The position numbers and the translations under genes were made by a program. This document shows positions 1-3,685 of a stretch of 3,685 nucleotides of DNA, piece by piece. Origin of the DNA: a virus (lineage: Duplodnaviria > Heunggongvirae > Uroviricota > Caudoviricetes); IMG/VR virus record IMGVR_UViG_2667527792_000011, positions 1 to 3,685 of that record. One strand, written 5' to 3'. How positions within the stretch are numbered: position 1 is the stretch's first letter; each line of letters begins with the position of its first letter. The notes under the pieces are model-generated. The model had not been told where the DNA came from and made no database searches. It worked only from the letters and a program-made list of their open reading frames with translations.

Positions 1-450
1 TCAAAGCGCCTTCAGCTGTACTGGCATAACGACATTTATACTGTCGTATAAAATTCGACTGGCAAATCTGGCACTCTCTCCGGCCAGGTGAACCAGTCGT
101 TTTTTTTTGAATTTTATAAGAGCTATAAAAAACGGTGCGAACGCTGTTTTCTTAAGCACTTTTCCGCACAACTTATCTTCATTCGTGCTGTGGACTGCAG
201 GCTTTAATGATAAGATGAGAATCGCAGCAACTTGTCGCGCCAATCGAGCCATGTCGTCGTCAACGACCCCCCATTCAAGAACAGCAAGCAGCATTGAGAA
301 CTTGGGAATCCAGTCTCTCTTCCACCTGCTGATCTGCGACTTATCAACTCCCACAGCTTCCGCTGTCTTCTCAGTTCCAAGCATTGCGATTTTGTTAAGC
401 AACGCACTCTCGATTCGTAGTGCCTCGTTGCGTTTGTTTGCACGAACCAT
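1..450 (-). CDS. cII: cII-type transcriptional activator; N-terminal ~78 aa match lambda CII, C-terminal ~71 aa are unrelated (possible fusion or truncation product)
   Basis: Minus-strand ORF. Translation from the ATG at 448-450 reads MVRANKRNEALRIESALLNKIAMLGTEKTAEAVGVDKSQISRWKRDWIPKFSMLLAVLEWGVVDDDMARLARQVAAIL, matching lambda CII as I recall it, then diverges (ILSLKPAVH...) and runs to a stop at 1-3. The SD-like TAAGGAAATACTTACAT precedes the ATG on the minus strand. The ORF track starts this frame at 510, but that extension covers nutR and is not coding. Lambda homology ends near plus-strand position 216. Confidence 0.7.
   Translation of the reverse strand: MVRANKRNEALRIESALLNKIAMLGTEKTAEAVGVDKSQISRWKRDWIPKFSMLLAVLEWGVVDDDMARLARQVAAILILSLKPAVHSTNEDKLCGKVLKKTAFAPFFIALIKFKKKRLVHLAGESARFASRILYDSINVVMPVQLKAL
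57..108 (+). terminator. Putative intrinsic terminator: two-tier hairpin followed by a T9 run
   Basis: Plus strand: gactgg (57-62) pairs with ccagtc (93-98); inner stem ctggc (68-72) pairs with gccag (83-87) around a 10-nt loop; a run of nine T follows at 100-108. A plus-strand reading frame entering from the left edge ends at a TAA at 49-51, consistent with the 3' end of a convergent gene. Confidence 0.4.
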
Positions 451-467
451 ATGTAAGTATTTCCTTA
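428..467 (+). promoter_or_regulatory. pRE (repressor-establishment promoter) with CII-binding direct repeats TTGC-N6-TTGC
   Basis: TTGC at 428-431 and 438-441 separated by 6 nt, with a -10-like AAGTAT at 455-460. It lies on the strand opposite cII and points towards cro and cI, as in lambda. Confidence 0.6.
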
Positions 468-529
468 GATAACAATTGATTGAATGTATGCAAATAAATG
501 CATACACCATAGGTGTGGTTTAATTGGAT

Positions 530-561
530 GCCCTTTTTCAGGGCTGTGATGTGTAAGAGCG
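530..561 (-). promoter_or_regulatory. nutR N-utilisation site (boxA 553-561, boxB 530-544); the rho-dependent tR1 region lies just downstream, towards cII
   Basis: Minus-strand reading gives CGCTCTTAC (boxA) then GCCCTGAAAAAGGGC (boxB hairpin, 5-bp stem with a GAAAAA loop), located between cro and cII exactly as in lambda. Confidence 0.75.
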
Positions 562-568
562 GTGTTAT

Positions 569-778
<210 letters not shown>

Positions 779-793
779 TTAGTACATGCAATT

Positions 794-822
794 ATTATCA
801 CCGCTAGAGGTAAAACAGTCAA
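794..822 (-). promoter_or_regulatory. pR promoter (drives cro and cII)
   Basis: Minus-strand -35 TTGACT (plus 817-822) and -10 GATAAT (plus 794-799) with a 17-bp spacer; overlaps OR1 and OR2. Confidence 0.8.
796..812. promoter_or_regulatory. Operator OR1 (variant)
   Basis: 17-mer tatcaccgctagaggta; the lambda OR1 I recall is TATCACCGCCAGAGGTA, so there is one substitution, at position 10. Confidence 0.8.
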
Positions 823-834
823 CACGCACGGTGT

Positions 835-836
<2 letters not shown>
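820..836. promoter_or_regulatory. Operator OR2
   Basis: 17-mer caacacgcacggtgtta, matching lambda OR2 as recalled. Confidence 0.8.
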
Positions 837-1605
<769 letters not shown>

Positions 1606-1622
1606 TTACAGGGCGGTAAACA

Positions 1623-2180
1623 TTGGCAAAAATAGATGATTATCAGCCAAGCCAAGTAGAAGTTGATAAAGTACTTTATTGTAAAAAAATAGTTAACTTT
1701 TCTGGCGTTAAATGGAAACAGAAACCAAGTCGCTCTGATATGTGGCTACAAGCTCATATCATCCCCTTGGATGAGGATTGTATACCTATACAAGGGCTAA
1801 AGTTTGAACTGAAATGGAAACCAGATCAGGATTCAGAACCTGATGACCCGATTTCTTACCCTAAAATAAATATTATTGCTTTCTATCATAACAAGAGGGT
1901 TTTCGCGGTAGATACCTATCACTTTGACAAACACACGAATAGTTACAAGGTCGATCATCCGAAGTACCAAGATATCATTTACGGTGCTCATTACCATGTA
2001 TACTATGAAGAAGCTGGATACTATAGTGATAGAATAGCGTTTCCAATCGAAGATGACATAAACCCAGATGACCTGGTAGGGTATTGGAATTACTTCTGTA
2101 AACATCTGAACATAACTTACTCTGGGAGAATACCTTTACCGCTTGAAGATGAGTCGGGGCAAATGGGGTTTGGAATATGA
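1623..2180 (+). CDS. Hypothetical protein, 185 aa, unknown function (cargo gene A in the rexA position)
   Basis: ORF in the same frame as cI, opening after a TAA at 1617-1619. The only in-frame starts are TTG at 1623 (GGGCGG 7-12 nt upstream) or ATG at 1740, so the start is uncertain. The C-terminal half is rich in Tyr, His and Asp/Glu (HPKYQDIIYGAHYHVYYEEAGYYSDRIAFPIEDDINPDD). No transmembrane stretch, Walker motif or resemblance to RexA that I can see. Confidence 0.6.
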   Translation: MAKIDDYQPSQVEVDKVLYCKKIVNFSGVKWKQKPSRSDMWLQAHIIPLDEDCIPIQGLKFELKWKPDQDSEPDDPISYPKINIIAFYHNKRVFAVDTYHFDKHTNSYKVDHPKYQDIIYGAHYHVYYEEAGYYSDRIAFPIEDDINPDDLVGYWNYFCKHLNITYSGRIPLPLEDESGQMGFGI

Positions 2181-2929
2181 TGTGCTCAACAGTGATCTCA
2201 CAACTAGGTTTCGAATGCCATCCAATAGGCAAGACCTTGAGAATTATCAGTCCATTCACTTACTGTGATGATGGAGAGCATGTCGGTGCCTTTATCCGTG
2301 AAGTCAATGGTAGGTATTTAGTTAGTGACAGATGCGATGCCTTAATGAATATGGAGGCAAGAGGGATCTCGCTTACCAAAAAACGACTTGATGAGATACG
2401 ACAATTACTGCTTAAAGAAGGCGCAGAACTCAATGCTCGAGGAGAAATCATTGCTTGGGCAACAGAAAAGGATGTCGGTGCGATTACATCGAACATAATT
2501 AGAGCTGGTATACTCGCATCAACTTTGTCGTTAGACTGGTATCAGCCAGTTCAAGCTGAAAAGTTTGAAAGTATGGTTATTGATTATCTATATCACACAG
2601 AGCTTAGAGAGGCACTTTCTCTTCGTGAAAACGTATATGGCTTGAGTGGACATCAAATTACCGTCCCTGTAACAATAAAAACCGACATACCTAAATACGT
2701 TTTTACATCAAGCGTGAAACACGGAGGAAGCTGGAATAGTGCTTACTCATTGCTTGGGAAACTAATTGATCTTAAAGCTTCAAGTGAGGAGTATAACAAC
2801 AGATTTGTTGTTATAGACAGCGAAGCAATTGGTGATCAAATGCAACAACTCTCCTTACTCTTCCATGAATCAAGCCAAGTTCTACCATTCTCCAAAAGAG
2901 AGACTTGGATTAAGAGACTTGCAGCATAA
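2177..2929 (+). CDS. Hypothetical protein, 250 aa, unknown function (cargo gene B in the rexB position)
   Basis: ATG at 2177 overlaps the gene A stop in an ATGA motif (translational coupling), with GGGG 10-13 nt upstream. The ORF ends at TAA 2927-2929, immediately before a terminator hairpin. No hydrophobic segment long enough for a membrane helix, unlike RexB. Confidence 0.7.
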   Translation: MMCSTVISQLGFECHPIGKTLRIISPFTYCDDGEHVGAFIREVNGRYLVSDRCDALMNMEARGISLTKKRLDEIRQLLLKEGAELNARGEIIAWATEKDVGAITSNIIRAGILASTLSLDWYQPVQAEKFESMVIDYLYHTELREALSLRENVYGLSGHQITVPVTIKTDIPKYVFTSSVKHGGSWNSAYSLLGKLIDLKASSEEYNNRFVVIDSEAIGDQMQQLSLLFHESSQVLPFSKRETWIKRLAA

Positions 2930-2932
2930 TAC

Positions 2933-2960
2933 AACCCGGCCTCAGCGCCGGGTTTTCTTT
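2933..2960 (+). terminator. Intrinsic terminator of the immunity operon (timm-like)
   Basis: GC-rich stem cccggc (2935-2940) pairing with gccggg (2947-2952) around a 6-nt loop, followed by TTTTCTTT. Lambda-like sequence resumes from this point. Confidence 0.75.
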
Positions 2961-3117
2961 GCCTCACGATCGCCCCACCTAAAAACACATAACCAATTGT
3001 ATTTATTGGAAAATAAATAGATACAACTCACTAAACAACGCAATTCTGATCTCTCCTTACATCGCCGAGGCAATACACTCACTCGAAAAAATAAATCCAT
3101 ATAAAAAACATACAGAT

Positions 3118-3134
3118 AACCATTTGCGGTGATA
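3118..3134. promoter_or_regulatory. Operator OL3 (variant)
   Basis: 17-mer aaccatttgcggtgata; the lambda OL3 I recall reads AACCATCTGCGGTGATA in this orientation, so one substitution. Confidence 0.7.
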
Positions 3135-3137
3135 AAA

Positions 3138-3154
3138 TATCTCTAGCGGTGTTG
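3138..3154. promoter_or_regulatory. Operator OL2 (variant)
   Basis: 17-mer tatctctagcggtgttg; lambda OL2 as recalled is TATCTCTGGCGGTGTTG, so the same G-to-A change as in OR1 and OL1. Confidence 0.75.
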
Positions 3155-3187
3155 ACACAAATACCACTAGCGGTGATACTTAGCTCG
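3152..3187 (+). promoter_or_regulatory. pL promoter
   Basis: -35 TTGACA (3152-3157), 17-bp spacer, -10 GATACT (3175-3180); expected start near 3187. Overlaps OL1 and OL2. Confidence 0.85.
3162..3178. promoter_or_regulatory. Operator OL1 (variant)
   Basis: 17-mer taccactagcggtgata; lambda OL1 as recalled is TACCACTGGCGGTGATA, so the same G-to-A change. Confidence 0.75.
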
Positions 3188-3220
3188 TCAGCAGGACGCA
3201 CTAACCACCATTGAAGGTGA

Positions 3221-3251
3221 GGCTCTTAAAAATTTAGCCCTGAAGAAGGGC
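3221..3251 (+). promoter_or_regulatory. nutL N-utilisation site (boxA 3221-3229, boxB 3237-3251)
   Basis: GGCTCTTAA (boxA; lambda has CGCTCTTAA) followed by GCCCTGAAGAAGGGC (boxB hairpin, 5-bp stem with a GAAGAA loop). Confidence 0.8.
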
Positions 3252-3361
3252 AGCATTCAAAGCAGAAAGCTTTGAGTAGCGCGAAATGCAGCTGCAAGAC
3301 AGCAACCGTGGGGATAAGCATCACGGCGCGTTACTCAAAGCTAACTGACAGGAGAATCCAG

Positions 3362-3685
3362 ATGGATGCACAAACACGCCGCCGCGAACGTCGCGCAGAG
3401 AAACAGGCTCAATGGAAAGCAGCAAATCCCCTGTTGGTTGGGGTAAGCGCAAAACCAGTTAACCGCCCTATTCTCTCGCTGAATCGCAAACCGAAATCAC
3501 GAGTAGAAAGCGCACTGAATCCGATAGACCTTACAGTGCTGGCTGAATACCACGAACAGATTGAAAGCAACCTGCAACGTATTGAGCGCAAGAATCAGCG
3601 CACATGGTACAGCAAGCCTGGCGAACGCGGCATAACATGCAGTGGACGCCAGAAAATTAAGGGAAAATCGATTCCTCTTATCTAG
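3362..3685 (+). CDS. N: Antitermination protein N
   Basis: 107 aa, MDAQTRRRERRAEKQAQWKAANPLLVGVSAKPVNRP...KIKGKSIPLI, matching lambda N as recalled, including the arginine-rich boxB-binding motif. SD AGGAG at 3350-3354; TAG stop at 3683-3685. The ORF track's upstream extension from 3272 is not used. Confidence 0.95.
   Translation: MDAQTRRRERRAEKQAQWKAANPLLVGVSAKPVNRPILSLNRKPKSRVESALNPIDLTVLAEYHEQIESNLQRIERKNQRTWYSKPGERGITCSGRQKIKGKSIPLI

Noticed and set aside
204-443. 79-aa minus-strand ORF
   Set aside because: Alternative frame wholly inside the cII coding sequence.
107-472. 121-aa plus-strand ORF
   Set aside because: Antisense shadow of cII running across the homology breakpoint and the terminator-like hairpin; no start context.
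451-510. N-terminal extension of the cII ORF (MVYAFICIHSINCYLRKYLH) proposed by the ORF track
   Set aside because: It covers the nutR-tR1 and cII ribosome-binding region. The canonical start with its SD is the ATG at 448-450 (MVRANKR...), as in lambda.
1833-2259. Two minus-strand ORFs (90 aa and 94 aa) antisense to gene A
   Set aside because: They are antisense to the pRM-driven operon and overlap each other. The plus-strand tandem ORFs with ATGA coupling that fit exactly between cI and the terminator are the more parsimonious gene models.
2260-2496. 78-aa minus-strand ORF antisense to gene B
   Set aside because: Ser/Leu-rich, low-complexity shadow ORF inside gene B.
2829-3020. 63-aa plus-strand ORF
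   Set aside because: It overlaps the gene B 3' end in another frame and reads through the terminator hairpin into the non-coding region upstream of OL.
3272-3361. Upstream in-frame extension of N (MSSAKCSCK...)
   Set aside because: It lies in the N leader. The SD AGGAG is positioned for the ATG at 3362, which gives the canonical 107-aa N.
3409-3591. 60-aa minus-strand ORF
   Set aside because: Antisense shadow ORF within N.

Overview
This window is the immunity region of a lambda-type (imm-lambda) temperate phage or prophage, inverted relative to the conventional lambda map. Reading left to right: a convergent terminator-like hairpin; a cII gene (minus strand) whose first ~78 codons are lambda cII but whose 3' part is unrelated; pRE; nutR; cro (minus); OR1-OR3 with pR and pRM; cI (plus); a ~1.35 kb insert carrying two translationally coupled ORFs (185 aa and 250 aa) where lambda carries rexA-rexB; an intrinsic terminator; OL3-OL2-OL1 with pL; nutL; and a complete N gene (plus). 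The main finding is that insert: both proteins are unrecognisable to me by eye, look soluble, and sit in the lysogen-expressed slot that in lambda holds the RexAB exclusion system, so they are a candidate uncharacterised defence or exclusion module. Secondary observations are a breakpoint inside cII suggesting a truncated prophage, a shared substitution in OR1, OL1 and OL2 alongside a repressor N-terminal-arm substitution, and a remodelled N leader. All comparisons with lambda are from my memory of the reference sequence; no alignment or database search was run.
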